From Naegleria gruberi (lineage: Eukaryota), in NCBI GenBank assembly GCA_000004985.1, contig GG738857.1: a stretch of 64,000 nucleotides of DNA. One strand, written 5' to 3'. A program made the translations under genes and the position numbers. Below the pieces are notes generated by a model that made no database searches, had not been told where the DNA came from, and worked only from the letters and a program-made list of their open reading frames with translations. Position 1 is the first letter of the stretch, and every line of letters starts with the position of its first letter. Positions 41,101-51,370 of this stretch are shown in pieces.

Positions 41101-41823
41101 AACACACGAACAGAATTTCCACAAAATTTGTTAAATTCCAAACACCAATTTTCAATCAATGACAATGGCGAAACAATTAGAAATGGTTTCCTTGAACTTT
41201 CCTTGTCAGTACTTTCCATCCAATAACAGAAAAAACTAATCACCTCCAAAGTCTATATTATTACACGATCGTATTCACTCCAAAATTTTGATTACTTACT
41301 TTACCAAGACCCTATTTAAATAGTTGATCAATTAGTTTAAATTTCCAATTTAGAATAAGAAGAAACATACCATATCGTCACCTAATATTCCACCATGCGT
41401 CTTGTTATCCAACAATAAACTCTTCAACCAAGAAACAGCTTGCCACTGATGATTCTTCAATTTACACGAATTCAACAAGTATTTTGATGAAGGATTCGGC
41501 AACTGATCAACATCTCTCATCTCATTCAAACACTCACAATCAATTTGCAATGATTTAATTCTATTCAAAAATACATTAAAATCCAGCGTTTTGTTTTTTG
41601 GTTTTTGCAATTTTAATTTACTCAAATCCTTCTTCTTCTTTTTATTCCGATGATCATGATTGTGGTCATCATCATCATGATCGGAATCTGAAAGAGGCGG
41701 AGGTGAGTCATCTTCATCTTCTATATCTGAAAATTCTTCTTCCGATTGATGATCAACTCGTGGTTGTCTTGTTTCTTCTTCATCTTCATCAACAATGATG
41801 GAATCTTTTTTACGTTTGGACAT
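38130..41823 (-). CDS. ALC1/CHD1L-like chromatin remodeler: SNF2-family ATPase, then a TARG1-like macro domain, then a BRCT-like C-terminus. Five exons: 41823..41371, 41311..41300, 41252..39094, 39052..38695, 38645..38130
   Basis: Exon 1 carries the Q motif HQWQAVSWL...GGILGDDM|GTATGT. The 12-nt micro-exon GGTCTTGGTAAA (GLGK) lies between atttaaatag| and |GTAAGT. Exon 3 reads TLEVISFFCYWM...PFLIVSPLSLIENW...DEAHRLKN and the helicase-C motifs ([43 protein letters not shown]). A 41-nt intron GTAAGT...TTTCAACAG leads to the macro exon (YIVNVIAQHYEKSKGHGPI...VHMPRIGFGIQGFDW, compare TARG1 SMPRIGCGLDRLQW). A 49-nt intron GTTTGT...TTATTAG leads to the BRCT-like exon (KIYLFGMENKNNRKLKGSIALNGGII...TVVTAQSILEMI). 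All splice phases are consistent. Confidence 0.8.
41300..41311 (-). other. 12-nt micro-exon encoding G-L-G-K (the Walker-A/motif I lysine) of the SNF2 ATPase
   Basis: GGTCTTGGTAAA is flanked by acceptor ...atttaaatAG and donor GTAAGTaatc. Upstream exon 1 ends GGILGDDM. The downstream exon starts TLEVISFF. Together these reconstitute GGILGDDMGLGKTLEVISF. Confidence 0.65.
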
Positions 41824-41963
41824 TTTTTTTGTAACTGAAATTCAATTTTCTTAATTTTATTGGAAAATTTAATATATTCACATTTTAAATAGTTAAATAT
41901 TATTTATTATTACATTACAACGAATTGCAATGCATCGATTGACAAAGTTCATTTGATGGAAGT

Positions 41964-43085
41964 ATGAACTTTTCAAACTATAAAAAAATGTCTCAAATTC
42001 AGGTTGCTGATCGTGATTGTGAGGTATTTTCTGATGATGTTTGTTTTGAAATATTATCCTTCATTGAAGAATCTTGGAGTATCATCAATGCATGTTCTCT
42101 CGTTTCAAAACAATGGCTAAATGTTATTAGAAATCGTAGCAGATTATACTTGGCATTTTGGAAGGAAATGAATGATGAAAGAGCTAATCAAATGCTTCAA
42201 AGTAGATTCTTGGGAAATATTCATCGTTTAATGATCTACAAGTTGGATGATAATGCAATTTATGGAGAAGTATTTTACAGAGCTCTACAAGGAATGAATA
42301 ATCTGACATCATTGAACATTAGCAGTCAACAAATAGGTCCAGAAGGTGCTAAATTAGTGAGTGGAGTTAAGCAATTAGAAAAGTTAATTCTAGTTTTCAA
42401 TAATGTTGGTACTGAAGGTGCCAAATATATTAGTGAAATGGAAAATTTAACATCACTCATCATTAGGAGTAATAACATTGGTGATGAAGGAGCAATTCAC
42501 TTGAGTGGAATGAAGAAATTGACAAATTTGGATGTTAGTGATAATATGATTAGAGAGGATGGAATGAGGGCAATCCGTAATATGACACAATTGAGGAGTT
42601 TTGTGGATTGTGGAAGTTGTGCTCTGGAAGAAGTTTCAAAGATGGATCAATTGACCTATTTAGATGTTTCACACAATCTCAGTGGAGCAGCTATAGGTAA
42701 ATTCAATAACTTGACTTGGCTCAGTATGGTTAATACCTGTATTGGTGATAACGAACTTGAATTGATTAGTAAATATCCAAAATTGACCAAGCTCTTTGTC
42801 TCCAATAATTTTATCACCTCAGAAGGTGTGAAACCTTTGAGTGAAATGAAACAATTGAAAGCTCTTCACATTGGCGATAATGGTATAAATGAGGAAGGAG
42901 TGAAAATCATTAGTGAGATGAAACAACTAACGGAGCTCAATGTTGAAGGTTTGAATATTTCAGAAAATGACCGTGAAGTGCTACTTTGTATGAAGAGTCA
43001 ATTGAAAAGTCTTAATATTACTGGATGTGAAGAAATTCCTGGTGCAAAATATGAATCATCATTATTGGATCCAGAGTGGTTCTAA
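41964..43085 (+). CDS. F-box/LRR protein (FBXL-like; RNI-type leucine-rich repeats), 373 aa
   Basis: F-box-like segment CFEILSFIEESWSIINACSLVSKQWLNVI, then about 9 LRRs of the ribonuclease-inhibitor type (LTSLNISSQQIGPEGAKLVS..., LTSLIIRSNNIGDEGAIHLS..., LTNLDVSDNMIREDGMRAI...). Confidence 0.75.
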   Translation: MNFSNYKKMSQIQVADRDCEVFSDDVCFEILSFIEESWSIINACSLVSKQWLNVIRNRSRLYLAFWKEMNDERANQMLQSRFLGNIHRLMIYKLDDNAIYGEVFYRALQGMNNLTSLNISSQQIGPEGAKLVSGVKQLEKLILVFNNVGTEGAKYISEMENLTSLIIRSNNIGDEGAIHLSGMKKLTNLDVSDNMIREDGMRAIRNMTQLRSFVDCGSCALEEVSKMDQLTYLDVSHNLSGAAIGKFNNLTWLSMVNTCIGDNELELISKYPKLTKLFVSNNFITSEGVKPLSEMKQLKALHIGDNGINEEGVKIISEMKQLTELNVEGLNISENDREVLLCMKSQLKSLNITGCEEIPGAKYESSLLDPEWF

Positions 43086-43215
43086 AGGGTTTTAAACTAT
43101 AAGAGAATTTCCTACATCAAAGTAAATAATTAATTAATTGATGATGATGAATAAATTCCAAAAATTAAAAAACAAAAAACAATCATGATGATACTATGAA
43201 TGATGAGGTTGTTCA

Positions 43216-43608
43216 TTACTTGTTTTGTTTCTTCTTTTTCTTTTCTTCCGATTCTTCTTCCTTCATAATTTCTTCCACAGCTTGTTGATGTTCTTTAAAT
43301 TCTTTCAATATCCTTCTACATTCCTCCGATTTAGCTTCCTCCTTAAACGAAAAGAATATCTTTATCGAGTCTTCAGGCATATTCACAATATAATCACGTA
43401 GAAATTCTTCAAATCCGTTCGGATTTTCAATCTTCTTCATTTCAAAGTGTGCCAAAATTTTCTTTAACAGCATTCCCGTCAGCCCTTGATCCTCACCTTT
43501 GTGTCTTTCGGTTTGAATGGTCGAGTGGAGTTGTTGAGGTTTTATTGTCGACATTTTTTTTGAATTTTTGAAAAATTTTGTTAAAAATTTTGTTTTTTTC
43601 TTTAACAT
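43216..43608 (-). CDS. Hypothetical small basic/acidic protein. The start is probably M at 43554 (MSTIKPQQ..)
   Basis: Complete ORF with a Lys/Glu-rich C-terminus. No motif recognised. Confidence 0.4.
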   Translation of the reverse strand: MLKKKTKFLTKFFKNSKKMSTIKPQQLHSTIQTERHKGEDQGLTGMLLKKILAHFEMKKIENPNGFEEFLRDYIVNMPEDSIKIFFSFKEEAKSEECRRILKEFKEHQQAVEEIMKEEESEEKKKKKQNK

Positions 43609-43804
43609 TAAAAAATATTTTAGATAAAAAGGAAAGAATTGAAAAGATGCTACTTTTAATTATGCAAAGAATATGACTCGCTATTTATTGGAGCAAAATG
43701 GGATTGTGGAAAATGGTTTTTTTTTATATTAAAATAAATTATTTTGTAATTTCTCTTTATTCGACTCATTTGGTAATTTTTGATGGTAATTATCGTAACG
43801 AAAA

Positions 43805-45340
43805 GTGATCGGACAGTTCGTTAGAAAATTCATCATGAAAAAAATGAAATTATTCATCATCTTGCCGTTTCTCTTGTTAATTATTCAACTTGTCACTGGT
43901 CAAAGTGTCATGACACAATGTTATAATGGTTCTGCAACACATTACACAGGAACTACTTTTATGTGTGGTTACGATCAAGTACCAACAGCACAATGGAGAA
44001 ATACCATTCCTGTTTATAGAGGTTTCGCTCCGGACGAACCTTGGTAAGTTTCCACCACTTTCATCAGCATTTCGAATATAATTTTATCATCAATTATTAG
44101 GTTAAAGATGACAGATTTATTACTCAGAGCAAGTTGTGGTGAATGTTTCCAAGTAGTGGGACCATACGGAACAAATGCCATTCTAATGGTCATTGATTCA
44201 TGTCCAACTTCGTCCAACACTGAATGGTGTAGTGGAAAAACTTCCATTAATGGAGATCATTCAAGTCATTTCGATTTACTTACAAATGGTAATAATGGAG
44301 CTTGGGAAGCTATTGCAAATGGATTTTCCAATACTTTTAATCCAATTTATAGAAAAGTCAGTTGTCCAATTTCTGTCAATCCTAGTACAAATCAAGCTTA
44401 TCCATTGAGAGGATATATTGGAAAAGGTAGTAGTCAAAATTGGATGACCATCTTTTTCTTTGATTTTACAGTTGGAATGAAAGATACCATTACAATTACA
44501 GAAAGTGGTGGAACTGAGAGAAGTATTACAAAAACTTCTTACAATACTTTTGAAATTCAAGCAAGTAGTGGAGCATTTAAAATGCCAATGGTATTGAAAA
44601 TTACAAGTATTTATGATGAAGTGGTCACTATGACGATTAGTTCAACACCTGCTGAGGGAACTATTGTGGATGCAAGTGCAAATTTCAAGATTTTAACCAA
44701 ATTGTCAGGTTATTCATCTGGTTCCATGTGTATTTCATTACCCAATTTGGTAATTTATAGAGAAAAGTTGGATCCTTATCAAAATACTCTCAAACCAACT
44801 ACTGGTTCAGATTGGAGACAAATGGCTTTGTGGAGTGGTACCACAAATTATGTTTCTACTGCAGTTACTGGTCTAAATTCACACAAAGCTGTTTGGGAAA
44901 TTTCTTTAAGTGGTTATGGTGGAATTAATATTGGAAGAGATGTCAAATTATTGAAATCTTATTTTAAATCCATCAATATGTCCATAAGAGCCTCTAGTTC
45001 TATTGCTGCCTCGAGTATTTATTGGGTCATCAATGGAGACGAAACGAATCCAATGAAATTACCAGCACTTTCCACTTCATGGACACAAGTAAGCATGCTC
45101 ATTGCCAATAATTCTGCAATTCCATCTGAAATTACAATGGTAGGATTCAAGAATGCATTGAATAGTCAATTTACAATTTATGTAGATACTATGGATTTGA
45201 TTTTACAAGATGGAATTAATGCCTCATCCATTATGGCTGCATCGTCAAATTATAAGGTTTCTGAAGGTGCTAATTGGCAAACAAGTGGATTGTTAATTGT
45301 TACCTTGATCATTTGTTTAATTTCAACTATTTTCAATTAA
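43805..45340 (+). CDS. Expansin-like (DPBB domain) secreted protein with a large C-terminal extension and a probable GPI signal. Two exons: 43805..44043 and 44101..45340 (intron GTAAGT...TTATTAG, 57 nt)
   Basis: Signal peptide MKLFIILPFLLLIIQLVTG. DPBB/expansin motifs are QCYNGSATHYTG, MCGYD, CGECFQVVGPYGTNAILMVIDSCP, and HFDL. The codon TGG (W) is split across the intron (TG|...|G). The C-terminal tail QTSGLLIVTLIICLISTIFN-stop is hydrophobic. Alternative start M at 43835. Confidence 0.75.
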
Positions 45341-45409
45341 ATCAAATATCAACATTACAATGAAAATAAAACATTTTATCGAGTTAAAAATACAAATAAG
45401 TCAATCATG

Positions 45410-46666
45410 TTATTGACTTGCTGGATCCAATAAGAGTTCATTAAGTGATTTTCTAATTGATCTACCTGGTGGTGCTTTTCCATGGCCAACTCTTCCCATA
45501 AATACAGTGTTCTTGCCTTTACCTTCTACCATCTCATTCAAAGTCTTTTCGATTGACTTGGCTAGCTCTCTACTTTCTTCCTTCTCGGAAAACTCAACTC
45601 CATTTCTCACATAATTTGAAAATATCACAGGAGTAGCTTCTGGTTGAAATTGCAATCCCAATTTCGTTGAAGTCAACCAAAGTCTTTGTAAAGCTCTTCC
45701 AACCTTAATAAAATCATTAATGTCCTTTGCCTCCTTCTCTGCAACCAACATGAAATGGCCTCCACAGAAGAATCCAGGCAATAAATCCATCTGCAATCTT
45801 GGCAATAAAGTTCCACCCATGAATCTATTCAGAAAATCAACTCTCTTCCAACCTCCGTCCAATGCCCATTTCATAAAGAATAAACCAAGTGGATCCAAAC
45901 CAACTGCTGGAGATGGAATTCTATCTTTACTCTGGTTGACTCCAAATTCAATGATGGTGCTATGGGTTGCATAAGCTTCTGGAGTGATGAGTCTTAACTT
46001 TCCATTCTTTTGGAGAAAGAGAGCAGTTTTGAAACGATCCATTGGTGACTCTTTCCAAAGCAAGGAAAAACCTAAAGAAGCAACACTTTGAGAAAATTCC
46101 TGCTTTTCTTGAGGAGTGAGTGCCTTGGTTGAAAATGGTCTTCTATTGACACATCGTTTTTCAATGAATTCTGACAAGTCATCCTTTCTAATATTTTCAT
46201 TCGAATCTCTAATTGAAACTTGAACGATTACTCTACTGTCATCCTTCTCATGTACTCGGGGTTCAGAAAACTCAACACTCAATCCCATTTCCCCACAACT
46301 CAACTCGATATTCTCCAATAAAGCTCCCAAAGCAATACAACTTGCACTTCCACGTAAATCGTAAACACAATGAGAACGAGTATCGAAATTGTGGATCGTG
46401 AATTGAGTGGAAGAGTTGGAAAGTTGTGAAGGGATTTCGAAACGCCAAGGTTGAACGTTATCACCTGAAGGAGCCCATTTTGATCTTTCTAATACTTTCT
46501 CAATGATTAGTTTGGAATCGAGTGAAGGTTTGGAATCAAGGAGAGGAGAAAGAGTGTGAAAAGATCTTGCAGCTGTGATGGAAGAGAAGAGTGCAAGAGT
46601 TTGTTTGTTCACAAGTTTAGAACTTTTTAACATTTTTTTTCTGTTGGAAAGTCCACAAATGATCAA
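45410..46666 (-). CDS. Nitroreductase-superfamily protein (double nitroreductase-like fold) with a predicted mitochondrial presequence
   Basis: The hallmark SKWAPSGDNVQPWRF (nitroreductase APSxxNxQPW) is present. The N-terminus MLKSSKLVNKQTLALFSSITAARSFHT is basic and hydroxylated with no acidic residues. Complete 418-aa ORF. Confidence 0.65.
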   Translation of the reverse strand: MIICGLSNRKKMLKSSKLVNKQTLALFSSITAARSFHTLSPLLDSKPSLDSKLIIEKVLERSKWAPSGDNVQPWRFEIPSQLSNSSTQFTIHNFDTRSHCVYDLRGSASCIALGALLENIELSCGEMGLSVEFSEPRVHEKDDSRVIVQVSIRDSNENIRKDDLSEFIEKRCVNRRPFSTKALTPQEKQEFSQSVASLGFSLLWKESPMDRFKTALFLQKNGKLRLITPEAYATHSTIIEFGVNQSKDRIPSPAVGLDPLGLFFMKWALDGGWKRVDFLNRFMGGTLLPRLQMDLLPGFFCGGHFMLVAEKEAKDINDFIKVGRALQRLWLTSTKLGLQFQPEATPVIFSNYVRNGVEFSEKEESRELAKSIEKTLNEMVEGKGKNTVFMGRVGHGKAPPGRSIRKSLNELLLDPASQ

Positions 46667-48112
46667 AAATCATCAAGTAGTAACACTGATTCAGTGTAAT
46701 GGAAAGATGAGCTTCCAGTTGCGCATTAAGCGACTTGATGAGTTTAACCTGTCAACAAAAGATTCTAATCAACTGAATTTACAAACAGCTTTACAATTTC
46801 TTTACAATTCTTTAATTTCTCTCACACAAAGATAAAGATTTTTTCCAATTATTTAAAAAAAATGGAAAATTTTAAATTGACTAAAATGTCAAGATGCTGA
46901 TGATTTTGTTTAACATAGAATTATTCAAAAGAAATATTTTATTGTTCATCAGTAACATCAGTAGTCATCCCGATGATTTCAATGGTTTATTATTTTCTTC
47001 ATCCATCAAACACAAAATAATTAATTGCTCATGATGGCATTCATTAATATTATACAAGGCTCATCTTTCCTTTTAGGAACTAGTTATATTGATGGAATGT
47101 TGTCCAGAAAAACATGCAGGTTCCACCATGACTCATCAAATTTTGGCAATCTTTCTTTCATTCCTGGTGGTGGAATACATTCAGAGAGAATCTTCATTTG
47201 TTGGGGGAATTTTCAACATCGGATTGGATGAGTATTGGACAGAAGGAAGATTCATTTTGGTTGTTCTTGTTGTTGTTAGGACCAAAGATGAAGCCATTCT
47301 TGTTGAAGGGGTTTGGAACTACTACTAGGGTAGATGTGAGATATTCAGTGTCAATCATATCTTGCTCTTCAGAGGACAGATATGCTATGGATTTACGAAT
47401 ACTTTTAATTACTTTCTGATAATTATCGTCATAATCAAATCATCTCCTAAATCCATCAATTTATCCAACGATTTCATTACACTTTAATTTACTCAAATAT
47501 TCCAACATTTCCATTGTGGAATCATGATTCTTTCGCACACTCACTAACCACTGCATGCTGTTGTGCTTTTTGTGATTATTGTTGGCAGATTTAATATCAA
47601 TGTTCACCACAATAGACAGTGGTTATTAATAGAGATTTGCTTTGGATAGAAAAATGGTTGCATTTCCATTCTCATCGCTTTCTATTGCAATTCCAAGAAA
47701 CATTTATACAATGCTCGATTTTATTCTAATCAAAGCTTTGAGTGGTTCACTAAATGACTTATGGTCTTTTAACAAATTATGGAACATCTATTGCCAAAAC
47801 TAAAACCCTCCAAGAGATACGGTTGATTATATTTCCATTCCCATCATCTCGACCTATTAATAATAATAAGAATTTGGAAAATCCTAATATCAATTGTATC
47901 AGAAACTTCAGGCCCTATCATATCGTACGATATGCATTAAGAATTGACTGTACATCATTTGCTATCAAGTTTCAGTTTGATTGAGAGATGACAATTGTCA
48001 CGAACCATTAACATCGCAACTTCATTCCTAATAAGAATATCAAGCTCCCGCTCATGATTGTCTTGAGTTACTGAACGCATTTCAAACATACAAAAAAACA
48101 TCAGCACAATAG

Positions 48113-50583
48113 ATGACAAAAGTATCACCACTTCTAGATGAACAACAAAAAGATGCTGCCAATAAGAATCAGCAACACTCTGATATTAGTCAAGCTCTGA
48201 AACTCTTCTCTATCAAGACATGCTTGATATTCATGACAAGTATGCTTATTTTAATGAGGTTTGTACCCTATTCTTTATTGGTGTTAATCAATGATTTTGT
48301 AACCGACACAGTGTTGTAATTTTATCATCCATTTGGATTAGTTGCTTCAGTCCAACAGTTTCAGTCATCTCTTCCCAAGTAAGAGATGCAGAGTTCAATC
48401 GTATTGTATCCCACATTAAGCAAACCATGAATGAAGTGACCATGGTTTTAGAAACAGCCAAAGTTCAGATCGACAATCAAAGACCATTTCATTTGGATTC
48501 AACGTTGGAGCAATTGACTTATTCTTTGTACAGATCAGAAATATTGACCTTCCATCCTGATCTCATTCTAGCTATTTATATTGGCGAACCATTTGGATGG
48601 GAAGGTGGAATGCTACTCATTGGAAAAGATCACATGTATTTTGATTTAATTCGTGGTGTTGGTATTAGTTTGTATCCATGTAAAGACATTCAACTTGATT
48701 CATGTCAAAGAAACAATACTCCTTCAACCACATTTGCTTATTCTTCCAACGTTGTTTCGTATACTGCTTTGAAACGTCCTGGTGGTCCAGTATTTACTTT
48801 GAGTTATGCTGACAAGACCTTGCCATCAATTACATTCTTGACACTCATTACAAGTTATCCAAATCCAGCTGGATCAACAAATAATACCTATCCTTACTCA
48901 TTCCACCTTGGTTATGATATGAGTGTTGGTTCAGTTTCAAAGTATTTGACAAATTTTACATCAGCAATTTCAGGATCTAAGGCTTTTACAATTGAAATTG
49001 AAACTGGATATATTATCAGTTCTGATGTAGCAGATGCACGTGTTGCTGAATGGGATGCTAATGGAAAGGAATCTAGAAAGACTGCTCTGAATTTTGAAGA
49101 TCCAGAAACTGTTGAAATTGGAAAGATGGTCTATAATGCCTTTCCTGATTTTACTAAGATTCCATGCAACAGTGGAGCTGTTATTTCCGGATCAATGAGA
49201 TATGTCTCTGTCTATAGATATTGTACAGATACAAAGATCGATTGGTTGATTGTCTTTTCTGTACCTCAATGGAATTATATTGGAACAATGATAATTGCTA
49301 TTGTAATTGCTATTGGAAGTGGAGTTATCATTACATTGGTCTCAATTTTGATTGCAGTCTTGATGTCAGTAAGAATTGTGAAACCATTCCAAAACTTGAT
49401 AACTGCATTCGAAATGGTTGCCAACATGAAATTGGATGGTTTTTCAATTTCCAAGACTAGTTTTAAGGAAGTGAGAGTTTTACAATATCACTTTATGAAA
49501 ATGGTTTCCTCCATTGAAAAGTACAGAAGTTTCATTCCAGCTCACTTACTTTCAGAAATGGACGATGCAGAAGCTGCTGAAATTGAACATGATGATGCCA
49601 CTAGTATGTCAAGTGTATCAATGGCTGCTAGGTCTTTGCATCATGGACTTTCTGATAAATCAGTAAGAAACAGTATGAAGAAGGCTGCTGCCAGTCATGC
49701 CTCAATGGAAAAAGGCCACGTAAGAAATAGATTTGCACTCTATTTGGAAAAGAGAAAGGTTAGTGTTGCCTCTCTTAGAATAGAAGGATTGGGTAATTGG
49801 ATTAGCCACTTACATCACCAAGATGTTGTCAATTTGTTGAGTGATGTTTTCGAACAAATTACAATTGTAAATAAGACATCTGGAGGTCAAACAGGTCCAT
49901 TCGAGAATGCAACTATTTTAATTTACTTTAATGCAGCTAAGGATCAAGCAGATTATATTGAGAAAGCCATTTCAACAACTGCCAATCTCAATACTAAATT
50001 GGAGCAAATCAGAGAAAAAAAGTGGAAAGGAATGGAAACATTCAGACATAATAATCATATATTGAATCAACTCAAATTCAGATTAGCTTCATCGATCCAA
50101 GAAACAACTTGTGGTAATGTTGGTACCAAAGATGCAAAATCATTTACAGTACTCGGAAGTGTCAATTATAACTTGGAATCACTCTTGGAATGTGCCAGAG
50201 AATTGAACGTAAATGTTGTAATTTCAGAACCATTGAAAATAACTTGTAATTCCTACCATACCAGAATGATAGACTCGCGTAGCATTTGTGCAGATGAGGT
50301 TGTTGGAAAACCATGTGCAGATGAAGATTTACATTTTAATAAGGTCAACATATATGAAATTGGTGAACCAACCTCCATTGATAGTGATGAATGGATGTAT
50401 GAATTACAGCAACAAGAAAAGAAGGACAAGTGGAAGAAGTATAACGAAGCAACCAAAATGTATTTGGAAAATTGCTTCCCCGAGGCAACAATGTTGTTCA
50501 AGGAATATCTAGAGAAGAATCCAAACGATTTACCTGCAATGAATTTTATTGCAAAATGTTGTGAAATGGTAACTGAAATGTAA
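48113..50583 (+). CDS. Receptor-type membrane protein: TM1, extracellular sensor domain, TM2, juxtamembrane helix, degenerate class III nucleotidyl cyclase homology domain, C-terminal helical region. Two exons: 48113..48258 and 48312..50583 (53-nt intron GTTTGT...CGACACAG)
   Basis: Exon 1 gives MTKVSP...IKTCLIFMTSMLILM. Splicing yields ...S-VVILSSIWISCFSPTV, which is colinear with the downstream paralog. The cyclase-like block reads VSVASLRIEGLGNW...FRLASSIQETTCGNVGTKDAKSFTVLGSVNYNLESLLECARELNVNVVISEPL. It follows the class III pattern (FaDIvGFT ... RIGIhtGpvvaGviG ... GDtVNlASRMES ... IlVSe) but lacks the metal-binding Asp and the Arg. Confidence 0.75.
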
Positions 50584-51370
50584 TCAAAATGAAAACCTAA
50601 TTCGAGTCAACACTTGCTCAATTTTATTAATGGTTGTGTTAAACCTTATTAGTGTCTCATAACAGTTACCCAACAAACTATTTTAGAGAATTAGCCAGAT
50701 TAAGGGCTCATATATTTTCATCGTCATAACTAACCAAATTCAGAATTAATACCTTCCTTACAAATTCGTTTCCTTAAATATTTGATTCAAATGCAACCTT
50801 CAAATAGAAGATGCATTTCTCCCTGTATTTATATAATATAACAAGAGTGCTGTAGTAATTGTGTGAGATACATCTTGGTCGGCCAGATGACTCTAATACC
50901 ACACATAAGCTTCATAATGCCCTTTGGATTTAATAGCAGTAGAGTTGCTGCTCTTCTTAGGTTCCTCTGTTTGTGTGGGCAATGAAAACAGTTGTTCTTT
51001 AAATTCACCTTATTAGGTGAGTGCGCATCAACTTCCAAGAAAACGTTGTGTGTAAACCAGGCCTTAAGATAGTGAGAGTGTTTGTTTGTTGTTCGCTGCA
51101 GAGGAGGAAGGAATGCATGACTACTGTAATATTGCTCACTTCACACAACAAATGGTTATAACCTCCACCATATTTAAACATTTAAAAAACCGAAGACAAA
51201 GTGCTGCAGAACACTCCACAACTGGGCGTGTATCTACATTGTTTACAGTTTGATTACCATCATCCACTAAGAAATTAAAACTAAGCTCTTGAAGCATCCA
51301 CTAAGGAATATATATTTAGAATATTAAGGATTTTCATCATCATCACAATTATATATATCTAAATAACAAA

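Noticed and set aside
46860-48100. Several overlapping 62-86-aa plus-strand ORFs between the nitroreductase and cyclase-like genes
   Set aside because: Mutually overlapping frames with no domain signal. Treated as intergenic or UTR.
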